A DNA stretch of 64,000 bases from contig NIVC01002301.1 in NCBI GenBank assembly GCA_002269645.1, positions 6,948-70,947 of the forward strand, given 5' to 3'. The notes beneath the pieces were generated by a model. The model was not told where the DNA came from. It was given only the letters and a program-made list of their open reading frames with translations, and made no database searches. The translations under genes and the position numbers were made by a program. Position 1 is the first letter of the stretch, and each line of letters starts with the position of its first letter. Origin of the DNA: Macrostomum lignano. Lineage: Eukaryota. Below, in pieces: positions 1-24,052 of the stretch.

Positions 1-219
1 GAGGAGAGAAGAGAGGAGAGGAGATGAGAGGAGAGGAGAGAGAGAGGAGAGAGGAGAGGAGAGGAGAGGAGAGGAGAGGAGAGGAGAGAGGAGAGGAGAG
101 AGGAGAGGAGAGGAGAGAGAAGAGGAGAGGAGATGAGAGAAGAGGAGAGAGGAGAGGAGACGAGAGAGGAGAACGGGGCTGAGCCAGTCAGCTCATCACT
201 GAACCTGCCCTGCTGCAAA

Positions 220-1524
220 CAGTCCGAGTCGATGGTGTCGCTGCACGACTTCGAGGCAGATGAGTACACAACGGCCTGTACACCAACGAGCTGCTGGTCT
301 TCGCCCCACTGTCGCACCGGGCCCGCAGAACGGTCGAGTTGCTGAACTTCTACCCCGTGGAGACTGTGCAGTTCGATAACCGCATTCCGTCCATGTGGTT
401 CTGCCTGCTGGACTCCGACATAAACGGGTGAGCAGCAGGTTGCATAGTGGGTCACAGAGACTTCTGTACCAGTATATCTGGACGAGAAGCCTTCTTAATT
501 CAGTCGAGTGTTCAAAACTCGAGTAGCATCACTTTGAAATTAAATGCAGCAGTGTGAAGCTAGACCCACTTCCGGTCCAGGTGTATAGTGCTCTTTGACC
601 TAGTGAGATATTGGGGTGGGGTGCGGGACGACTTCCAGTCCAGGTGTATAGTGCTCTTTGACCTAGTGAGATCGTGGGGTGGGATGCGGGACGACTTCCA
701 GTCCAGGTGTATAGTGCTCTTTGACCTAGTGAGATATTGGGGTGGGGTGCGGGACGACTTCCAGTCCAGGTGTATAGTGCTCTTTGACCTAGTGAGATAT
801 TGGGGTGGGATGCGGGACGACTTCCAGTCCAGGTGTATAGTGCTCTTTGACCTAGTGAGATATTGGGGTGGGGTGCGGGACGACTTCCAGTCCAGGTGTA
901 TAGTGCTCTTTGACCTAGTGAGATATTGGGGTGGGGTGCGGGACGACTTCCAGTCCAGGTGTATAGTGCTCTTTGACCTAGTGAGATCATGGGGTGGGGT
1001 GCGGGACGACTTCCAGTCCAGGTGTATAGTGCTCTTTGACCTAGTGAGATCATGGGGTGGGATGCGGGACGACTTCCAGTCCAGGTGTATAGTGCTCTTT
1101 GACCTAGTGAGATCATGGGGTGGGGTGGGGTGAGGGTGAGACACGAAAAATAAATATTTTATGCTTTGCTAATTACCGACGTACCTGCAGAGTCAAGCAC
1201 TCGATTCCGCATTAGTCTGTGAGGCATTCGGTACTTTGAAAACTAAAAAAGTTGCTACTCGACTGGATTCGAGCAATCCAAGAATTGGTTAGGAAAATAT
1301 TTTTCAAATGAAAATTGTCAACTCGCGTCTCCGCGCCCCGCAGCTGGCTGGATGAGAAGGAGATGGACCAGCTGACTCGGGTGCTGCTGCCGCAGGACGC
1401 CTGCATCGAAGCCTTCCTGACCGGCTGTCTGCAGGGCGGCCGCTCTGCCGGCCTGGCAGCCTGGCAGGGCCCGGACTGCTTCCGGCTGAGAGAGGGTAAC
1501 ATCGCACGGGAGTTGAGGGAGTAA
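220..1524 (+). CDS. 3' end of SPARC/osteonectin-family protein (EC calcium-binding domain); exons ~220-427 and 1344-1524
   Basis: Donor GG|gtgag at 427/428 and acceptor cag|C at 1343/1344 join in frame to ...TVELLNFYPVETVQFDNRIPSMWFCLLDSDING|WLDEKEMDQLTRVLLPQDACIEAFLTGC...AAWQGPDCFRLREGNIARELRE*. This has an EF-hand loop (DSDINGWLDEKE) and matches the invertebrate SPARC pattern W-x-FC-x-LD...LIPMESCIKPFLEGC. An apparent 1-nt frameshift lies near 265; the gene start is outside the window. Confidence 0.65.
568..1130. repeat. 63-bp minisatellite, ~9 copies, intronic
   Basis: Unit acttccagtccaggtgtatagtgctctttgacctagtgagatattggggtggggtgcgggacg repeated head-to-tail. Confidence 0.95.
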
Positions 1525-1554
1525 GCGGATGGGACAGCGAGACTTCCAGGTTGG

Positions 1555-2605
1555 AGTCTGAGGGTTAGAGGGATGGGGGAGAGTCTGAGGATTAGAGGGA
1601 TGGGGGAGGGTCTGAAGATTAGAGGGGTGGGGGAGAGTCTGAGGATTTGAGGGATAGGGAGGGTCTGAGGATTAGAGGGTGGGGAGAGTCTGAGGATTAG
1701 AGGGGTGGGGAGAGTCTGAGGATTAGAGGGGTGGGGAGAGTCTGAGGATTAGAGGGGTGGGGGAGGGTCTGAGGATTAGAGGGGTGGGGGAGAGTCTGAG
1801 GATTAGAGGGGTGGGGGAGAGTCTGAGGATTAGAGGGATAGGGAGGGTCTGAGGATTTGAGGGATAGGGAGGGTCTGAGGATTAGAGGATAGGGGAGGGT
1901 CTGAGGATTAGAGGGGTGGGGAGAGTCTGAGGATTTGAGGGATGGGGAGAGTCTGAGGATTTGAGGGATGGGGAGAGTCTGAGGATTAGAGGGATGGGGG
2001 AGGGTCTGAGGATTAGAGGGGTGGGGGAGAGTCTGAGGATTAGAGGGATGGGGGAGGGTCTGAGGATTAGAGGGGTGGGGGAGAGTCTGAGGATTAGAGG
2101 GATAGGGAGGGTCTGAGGATTAGAGGGATAGGGGAGGGTCTGAGGATTAGAGGGATAGGGGAGGGTCTGAGGATTAGAGGGGTGGGGAGAGTCTGAGGAT
2201 TAGAGGGATGGGGAAGGCTCTGAGGATTAGAGGGGTGGGGAGAGTCTGAGGATTAGAGGGATGGGGGAGAGTCTGAGGATTAGAGGGGTGGGGAGAGTCT
2301 GAGGATTAGAGGGATGGGGGAGGGTCTGAGGATTAGAGGGGTGGGGAGGGTCTGAGGATTAGAGGGGTGGGGGAGAGTCTGAGGATTAGAGGGATGGGGG
2401 AGAGTCTAAGGATTAGAGGGATGGGGGAGAGTCTGAGGATTAGAGGGGTGGGGGAGAGTCTGAGGATTAGAGGGGTGGGGGAGAGTCTGAGGATTAGAGG
2501 GGTGGGGGAGAGTCTGAGGATTAGAGGGGTGGGGGAGAGTCTGAGGATTAGAGGGTGGGGGAGGGTCTGAAGATTAGAGGGGTTTGGGGAGAGTCTGAGG
2601 ATTAG
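1555..2605. repeat. ~24-25-bp G-rich minisatellite
   Basis: Unit gagagtctgaggattagaggggtggg and variants. Confidence 0.95.
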
Positions 2606-2990
2606 GTAGAGGTTTAAGAGTGAGGCGAGGCTTGGATGGATGGTCTAAGCAAGGAGGGGATGGGATGGAGGTGAGGCGGAGGTAGGGAGGGATCGGGGAG
2701 ACGGTGCTACCCTGTAGTTAAGCGTTAGAAGGTGAACTGTGTAAGTTAAAGAGAATTGTAGAAAAAAATTAAATGCAAGGCTTCGGAAATTCTGCTGCAA
2801 AAATTTCTGACAAAGGGCAGTCATGAATTTCCAGCTACAAATTAGCGCTACAACCCAGTCGCAAAGTTTATCGCAACAAAACAATTGCCTCGTGTCTTCA
2901 AAGCGCCGATGAAGTGATAAAAATAGACAGAACTTTTTGCGATGGGGAAGGCTACACAGTACTCAGATGTAGAGCTTGAAGCAGTTGCCT

Positions 2991-3295
2991 AGTGGTTGTA
3001 GCCTAGTGGTTAGAGCGTCTGACTCACGACTGAAAGGTCGGGGTTCGTTTCCCGATCCACTCGGAACAATCTGTGTCATTGAGCAAGATACTTTAACTCT
3101 GCATTGCTTCAGTTCACCCAGCTGTAAAATGGGTGCCAGCATTAGCTGGGGTAATTGAGGGTGTGTGGCGACCCCCCAGTCCTTGGACTGAACAGCCGTA
3201 CGCAGCCTTCAGATGCGCCGCGCAATAGCTGCGGCTGAGCTGTCGGTTGCACATCTGCCCATTTGGGGCAGGTGTAATAAATAATAATAATAATA
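2991..3295 (+). mobile_element. tRNA-derived CORE-type SINE, copy 1
   Basis: tRNA-like head with A box (tagcctagtgg) and B-box-like ggttcgtttc; central tgtgtcattgagcaagatactttaactctgcattgcttcagttcacccagctgtaaaatggg resembles the MIR CORE; (TAA)n tail; two more copies in the window. Confidence 0.85.
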
Positions 3296-3864
3296 TTAAG
3301 CAGTGAGCAATGGATGCCTAGCTGGAAATTAATTTTACATTCTGACCAACAAATAACAAAATTTTTGTTTTGCAGGCGACATCCAGCCGTCCTGCGACCT
3401 TTGATCTGGCCGGCACTGGGAATTCGAATGCGGAACTGACCCCAGCGCAGCAACTGGCCGCTGATACAGAGTAAACACGTCATACTATCTCACTCATCGA
3501 ACACTTTCACCCGTTTGTTGTGCTTCTCTGATTAATCAACAAGATTATAGTTCTATTTGTGTTCTCTCAACATTTTTTTAAACGAAACCGATAGCTAACC
3601 GGAGCTGGAAGGTGGAGTGGCAGCCATGGCCAGCTGAAGAAAAAGGACGCTAAGCTCGATTTTCTTAGAATCGGATTTTTCTAGCGGTCTTGGGTTGATC
3701 AAAGAAGTTTTTTCAAGCTTACACAAACAGCTTCAATCAAGCAGGGGTTGTCGCAACTTTACTAAACAAAATGCAATTAAGAAAATACTACAATGAAATC
3801 AGTCTATTTGTGCCTAGATATGGAGTTTTGGGAATTCGGGAATGTAATAGGGGGATTAAAGGTT

Positions 3865-4060
3865 TTTGGGGCCAACCCTCAAGGCGCAGTGAAGTGTACA
3901 TGCCTAACGATAAATAAAGTTAGGGCTGCTGTACACTCCTGTGTGAGTGTGTGCCTGTGCGTATGACTGCGTACGTATCCGCGCGCTTGTGCGCCTGCTC
4001 AGGGGAGTCGGCGGAATGGGCAGCAATGCCTCTCGCCGGTTGTGTGACAATGTCGCTTAA
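3865..4060 (+). repeat. Unclassified ~150-200-bp dispersed repeat (copies also at ~4272-4385, ~21160-21365, ~46965-47125)
   Basis: Shared core gtgtacatgcct...gcgataaata..agttagg..gctgtacactcctgtgtgagtgtgtgcctg in four places. The 3894-4023 and ~21186-21313 copies are near-identical. Confidence 0.8.
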
Positions 4061-4397
4061 AGTGCGGGTGCAGGGTGCACACAAAGTATTATAATTAGCT
4101 AAAACCAACGAATTGCGAGTTTTTTTTACAGAGATTTGATTTCACCTGAAACGAGTCAGGCGGTAAATTATAAGCTTAAATCAGTACAGAAAATACACTA
4201 AGAAACGTGCGCAAATATTCATTTAAGGCTTTTATGCTCGAAAATTTGTTGTGCGAGTCATACCCATTAGAGCCAACCCTCAAGGCACACAGAGTGTACA
4301 TGCCTGGCGATTAGAAAGTCAAAGGGCCAGTGTACACCCTGTGTGAGCGGGTGTGTGAGTGTGTGCCTGCGTACAGCATTGGTGCTAACCTATACTG

Positions 4398-4610
4398 CGC
4401 TACCTAAGGGCTACCGGGCGAGCGACAATCCACCTCCTGGACTCTCCGGAGGGGGACCGCGCTGCGGACACCGGCGCCACCGGAACTCCCTGCGCGACAC
4501 CGCAGCACCAGCTGCCCGTGGTCGCCAGGGGCTAGCGAAATGGGCGGCAACGCCTCCTCGCTGTTTCCGGACGCACGGAGCCCCCTGCAGCTGAGTCTAA
4601 GTCTAAGTCT
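4398..4610 (+). mobile_element. 3'-end fragment of a non-LTR retrotransposon (LINE)
   Basis: Reverse complement of 30301-30510; ends in an (agtcta)n-type tail. The longer copy encodes a CCHC knuckle. Confidence 0.7.
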
Positions 4611-4865
4611 CCTATCTCTACAGCACTCTACTTATTAAAACAGCACCCTCCTATTCTAGACTATTTTGGGTGGCCACTAGCCTACCTCACGGGCAGCAAA
4701 ATGGCAGTGCGAAAAAAACATAAAAAGGTCATATTCTTATCAAATACAGTCAACAGGATTCTGGGAGCAAAAATTTACAAAATCGTGTTAGGTATTTTTG
4801 GTCATATCAAGGAATGCACTTTATGACGCTCATCCCATGACCTTATAGTTGGAAAGGTAGCGCAT

Positions 4866-16389
<11,524 letters not shown>

Positions 16390-16616
16390 TTCTGATGATA
16401 ATATAGTGAGCTCTGTGCAGCTACAGAAGGTCCGGGGTGCTCAACGGGATCTCAGCTCTCGGAGGCAAGGCTAAGAACAGAGACTGGCGGTTTTATGTGG
16501 TCTTCTCCAGTCCAACTCGGTTTGAGCTCCCTGGCCGATAGCTGCTCTGATTGGAGCAAGCAAAACTTGCCAAACGCGCAGATTGAGCACCGCAGAACCT
16601 CGACGGCATGACCTAG

Positions 16617-17310
16617 ACTTGACAGTATGACAGGCTCATGACAGTATGACAGGCTCATGACAGTATGACAGGCTCATGACAGTATGACAGGCTCATGACA
16701 GTATGACAGGCTCTTGACAGTATGACAGGCTCTTGACAGTATGACAGGCTCTTGACAGTATGACAGGCTCTTGACAGTATGACAGGCTCTTGACAGTATG
16801 ACAGGCTCTTGACAGTATGACAGGCTCTTGACAGTATGACAGGCTCTTGACAGTATGACGGGCGATCTTGACAGTATGACAGGCTCTTGACAGTATGACA
16901 GGCTCTTGACAGTATGACAGGCTCTTGACAGTATGACAGGCGATCTTGACAGTATGACAGGCTCTTGACAGTATGACAGGCTCTTGACACTAGGACAGGC
17001 TCTTGACAGTATGACGGGCGATCTTGACAGTATGACAGGCTCTTGACACTAGGACAGGCTCTTGACAGTATGACGGGCGATCTTGACAGTATGACAGGCT
17101 CTTGACAGTATGACAGGCGATCTTGACAGTATGACAGGCTCTTGACAGTATGACAGGCGATCTTGACAGTATGACAGGCTCTTGACAGTATGACAGGCGA
17201 TCTTGACAGTATGACAGGCTCTTGACAGTATGACAGGCGATCTTGACAGTATGACAGGCTCTTGACAGTATGACAGGCTCTTGACAGTATGACAGGCTCT
17301 TGACAGTCTG
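16617..17310. repeat. ~19-bp minisatellite
   Basis: Unit gacagtatgacaggctctt and variants. Confidence 0.95.
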
Positions 17311-17829
17311 ACATTTTGGATGACATCTGACAGTAAAACACAGACACCTGTTTACCATGACAGGAATCCTGACAGACAGGTTCCAGTAATATCAACAGGA
17401 CGAGATCTACTTACCTAATAATTCGGGACGGGAACGGAGAGGATTTGGAAAAAGCCACGGATTCAAGCAAATCCTTTTTTATCTGCCTGCGTTCTTTAGA
17501 TTGCTCATCTTTGTTTAACTAAGCTGAAGCTTTTGAAATTTAGCCACTTAGCAAACAGCAAGGCTTTTTATATAAAGGAAGCGGATGGTTTTTTAAGTGT
17601 ATTTAATGAGTTAGTTGAAAAAGTAACCTTTTTTTAACAAGAAACAATAAAAGTAGTTTAGCGTATTGATTTAAAAATAATTTTAGGTTAATTAATACAG
17701 AAAATAATGATAGTATGACAATTTCTACATAAAACCGGGACCTTTTAGTTTTGCAAACGTTATTAATATATTGTTTATGCATTAATATAGGATGTGTTTT
17801 GTCTTTAGGGGTTTGCATAGCATCAACTG

Positions 17830-18060
17830 ATGGGTCAGCCTAGCTCGTAATTGGCCAGATAAAGTTGATTGGGTCAGCCTAATTGGCCAGATAAAATTGA
17901 TTGGGTCAGCCTAATTGGCCAGATAAAGTTGATTGGGTCAGCCTAATTGGCCAGATAAAATTGATTGGGTCAGCCTAATTGGCCAGATAAAAAATTGATT
18001 GGGTCAGCCTAATTGGCCAGATAAAGTTGACGGGGTCAGCCTAATTGGTCAGATAAAGTT
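17830..18060. repeat. ~32-bp minisatellite, ~7 copies
   Basis: Unit gggtcagcctaattggccagataaagttgatt. Confidence 0.9.
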
Positions 18061-18144
18061 GGCATGAAGTTGTCGGTGCAGAACTAATTAAAAACAGTCG
18101 AACGAATGATGCTTATAATGAAGCGAATTGCATTGAGTGACTGA

Positions 18145-20200
<2,056 letters not shown>

Positions 20201-21520
20201 GCCGATTGTTGAAGTTGCTTCGATGCTGGCGCAAAAAGAAGCTGCTAGTAAAACCAACGGAATCGCCACGAGAGGACTAAATAGAATGATTTCATGCCTA
20301 GCACGCGGCAATTCATGATTCTATTTATAGACTTGACGTGACAGTTCCGAGATCTGCAGTTGGTTGTACATGCGAGGACGAAAAGTTGACCCGTACAAAC
20401 TGCTGGGACTGTACATTGCTAAAATTGGCCAAATGCACGCTTGTACATTGGCTAACGCCAAATATTTCGTGGATTTTCCTGGAAAATTTTCACTGAAAAA
20501 GTGCACCACTAAGATTCTTAGCGTGGCGTGAGCAGATATGCTATTTATATTCGGAGACAGTATATTATAGGTAGGCACACAGGTTGAATTGAACTGGTTA
20601 GCTTGGAAAATATTTATTCAGACAAACAGACAGCCAGTTCTGAACTGTAATTTACAAGACAACTAGAGACAAAAGAGTAGAGATCGACTCTGCAAAGCAA
20701 AGTCACTTTTACTGCAACATCAAATGGTACTACTCATTACTACTGAGTCAGCACCCTTAGCGTGCGTATTTAATAATGATAATAATAATATTATTAATCC
20801 ATCTTATCATTTCACTTCCGCTTGCACTCAGGTTAGCGCTTATCCAATTAGCTTGGTAATAAACTATAGTGCACAGACGCACCTGTGTCATGCATCATTC
20901 ATAAGTCATGTCTAACTGAAAAGGCATCAACAATCTATCTTCTGCCTGCAAATGGCCGACGGGTCATTCGTATTGTCGCTCATTCAGCTAAGAGAGACAT
21001 CACCATCAGCTCATGAGGACACCGATGCCCATGGGAAAGGTCACTTCATTTCGACTGAACAGAAGCAACTTATGAGTATTAAAAAGAAAGATATTCAGTC
21101 TGTTGTTCTGTTGGTCAAGTTATGAAAGGCTATTTCATTTTCATTCGTGCACTATTTCAACCCCCAAAACACAGAGAGTGTACATGTACATGCCTGGCGA
21201 TAAATACAGTTAGGACCGCTGTACACTCCTGTGTGAGTGTGTGCCTGTGCGTATGACTGCGTACGTATCCGCGCGCTTGTGTGCCTGCTCAGGGGAGTCG
21301 GCGGAATGGGCAGAATCACTTCAGCGCTGGTTGTTTAACAATGTCGCAGAAGGCAACCTTCCTGTTCCTGCTGTGGTTCTGAATCTGGACAGAAGGATTT
21401 AAAATGTACTTTTGTAGTAGTATGGCGTATTAGAACAAGTAGTATGAAGACGCACACGTCTTTTTGCCACCAGTGAACGGGCTTCTTTTTAGACGTGGGT
21501 CTTCATACTACTTGATAAAC

Positions 21521-23843
21521 CTAGTTCCACCAGTGAACGAGCCGAGCCCGGCGCCGCCGAAGGCGGCGTCGGGCGAGAGCGAGAGAACCCGAGGCCGATA
21601 CCGATGAAAAAGAACTTTGAGAAGCTCAAGAAAAATTTAAATCTCTACTTCTCTCCCATTTTCTCTGTCTGTTCTGTTTCTCTCCTCTCTAATCTCTCTC
21701 TAGTCTCCCCCTCTCGTCTCCTCTCGCTTCTCTCTCGTCTTATCTCTTATCTCCTCTTTTCTCTTCTCTCTATTTTCTTTCATTTTCTCTCTCATCTGAC
21801 CCGCAGCCATGAGCTAGAATCGAATCTTCTATAATAGGCCCTCGAAGGCCTCGATCTAAAAAATTGTCTAATGACTAAAGTCTCCAGAGCGTAGCAGGGT
21901 TATACCACATTAAGCTGGTTGTTTCGGCGCAAGATGCTCAGCATCAGCTGAAGTGCTTGGAAAGTCAGGCAGGTTTTGTGGGACATAAACCTCGTACTCT
22001 CAATCAGATAGTACACTTAAGATACCGCACGCCTCTTCTCCAACGGAGTTGCAAAGAAAGCTATAAATAAAGGTCTTTCCAAAACACTGTACATAGCTAG
22101 CTACTTCATAAGCCGTATCGCCTGACCTTGTAGTCTGGGGGATGATTGTACACGTAGTGACTTGGAGCTTGCCCCCGCCAAACTTTGTACTGGGCTTGCA
22201 AATCAAATGTGCAGTTAAAGAGCTAAATTTAATATTAAGTTCTAATCACATGACGCCTGTTTATCGATCTAATTTTCCTTGGTCTGTGCGTGCGCGAAGC
22301 AAATGAAGCTCTATTGACGCCCCTTCGGCCCAAGCCCTCACGTCGTCACAGCCCCTCACTTAGAAGGGACGGGAGTGTACATTGTATGTACGATTATTCC
22401 TTCCTTTCCTTTCCTTTCTAACCAGCTTAACTCAGTCCAACGCCAAAGCCATGCAAGCAATCTCATGCAAATGCAAATTATGCAAAGCGGTATGCGGCTT
22501 AATCTGATGAATTTTGGTGCAAAAAATGAATTTTTTACCTCAAAAGAACATCGAATGGTTATGAAACTCAAGAAATCTGTTAAATTAGCTGTATGGAACA
22601 CTGTGTGTGCATTGGTTCCAGTGCAAAATTCCTACCATTTCCCGGTTATTTAGCCCCGGAAGTAACAAAAGTATCAAAAATCATGTTTTCAGTTTTTTAT
22701 CGATAATTTTTTACCTAATGAACCGAATCTCTAGGAATTGCACACAAATGTGCCTCATTATGTGAGAAATCAGATTTCATAAAAATATTGTCGTCCTATT
22801 GCGTTATTTTGCCTGATTTTAAGCTAAATATAAAAAAATCACTACTCTGATCGATTTCCAATCACTTTTGACACACGAGCACTTGTTGCAGACACTCAAA
22901 AACTTGGTCGATTTTAGCCAGACATTGTTAAAACTCGCTGCAGCATCCGCCTTTGATCTAGCATTCTTTTAAAATTTTAATCATTTATTTTTCGGGCACC
23001 CATCCAGCCAAAAATCACTAATTATCGGTTTCTGATCGATTTTTCAACCCGAAAGCAGCGAAATCAGACGGCGGTAATTCAAACCAATATAGTACAGCAA
23101 CTATTCGAAGTCGGATTATTCGCAACATTTTCTCAAAATTATAATGAGCAATAATGCGAAAGTCATGTGATTTTTTTTCAAAATCGATCTTTGTCGATTT
23201 TCTCAGCACTGCAGAATCGTAGGAAAACAAAACTTCAGACACTTGTAGATTTTTGCATTGCGCATCTAACTGCACTGCTTTGAAGCCGAAACTCAAAAAG
23301 CTTCGTAGGAAAAAGGGGCGAAATAATAAAATGAGGTTCATTATTTTTACCGAAAAAACCCACCAAAACTGAATAAAGATGTCGAAATAAATTAAAGCGC
23401 CATATACCATTTTGTAGGAAATTTAGTTTTACAACGTTGATCTTCAGATGTCGAAGCCGTATCTCGTAAGGTGTACCAGAATTTTGAGATCTCCCAGAAG
23501 CACTTATGAAAAAATCGTCTTTCCAGTTAATTTTTAATTACGGCTGATTTAAAGAATCTTTGCACTTGAGAGTAAATTCATTCGATAGATCTAAAAGTTT
23601 TCTATCGATCGACACCTCACTCAACTCAATCGGTGCAGTGGTTGCAAAACAGGAGCATTTTTTAGAGAAAAAACGTGAAATTTCAAAATGCATGGGAGTC
23701 TAACTTATTTACTTTCGTGCCCATGTCGGCCGATAGAAATTATTCACTCGCCCTCGGCCCCTGGTGGGGCCTCGGGTTCTCTCGCTCTCGCCCGACGCCG
23801 CCTTCGGCGGCGCCGAGCTCGGCTCGTTCACTGGTGGAACTAG
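21521..23843. mobile_element. Non-autonomous TIR DNA element (~2.3 kb)
   Basis: ~76-bp terminal inverted repeats ctagttccaccagtgaacgagccgagcccggcgccgccgaaggcggcgtcgggcgagagcgagagaacccgaggcc (21521-21596) and the complement (23768-23843). AT-rich interior without a transposase ORF; no clear TSD. Confidence 0.75.
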
Positions 23844-24052
23844 TCCGATACTTGCTTTAAATTAGGTTAAAATTACTATCTAAACAGTCGAAACTTCCAG
23901 TTAACAATTTAAACACCAAAAATGCTGCATTGGCACATTGTGAATGACTTCAAGTCATTTGATTGGCTCACAAGGCGAGCGCAGACAGGTGAATACTGAT
24001 ATATAAAGAGGCACTGTAGACCCTTCCTGGTTGAGGCCAGCATTGCGCCGAA

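Noticed and set aside
529-1144. Long ORFs on both strands, and a CRISPR-like periodic look
   Set aside because: They are translations of a 63-bp tandem repeat inside a spliced intron. The units are contiguous with no unique spacers, and there are no cas genes.
2991-3070. tRNA gene
   Set aside because: The cloverleaf is incomplete (poor anticodon and acceptor stems) and runs into a CORE-like body and TAA tail present in three dispersed copies, so it is a SINE head.
20201-20311. Signal peptide (IILFSPLVAIPLVLLAASFC) for the ubiquitin-like gene
   Set aside because: The ORF-track start is TTG with an in-frame TAG just upstream and no ATG before the hydrophobic stretch. The first in-frame ATG is at 20200, so this is probably 5' UTR.
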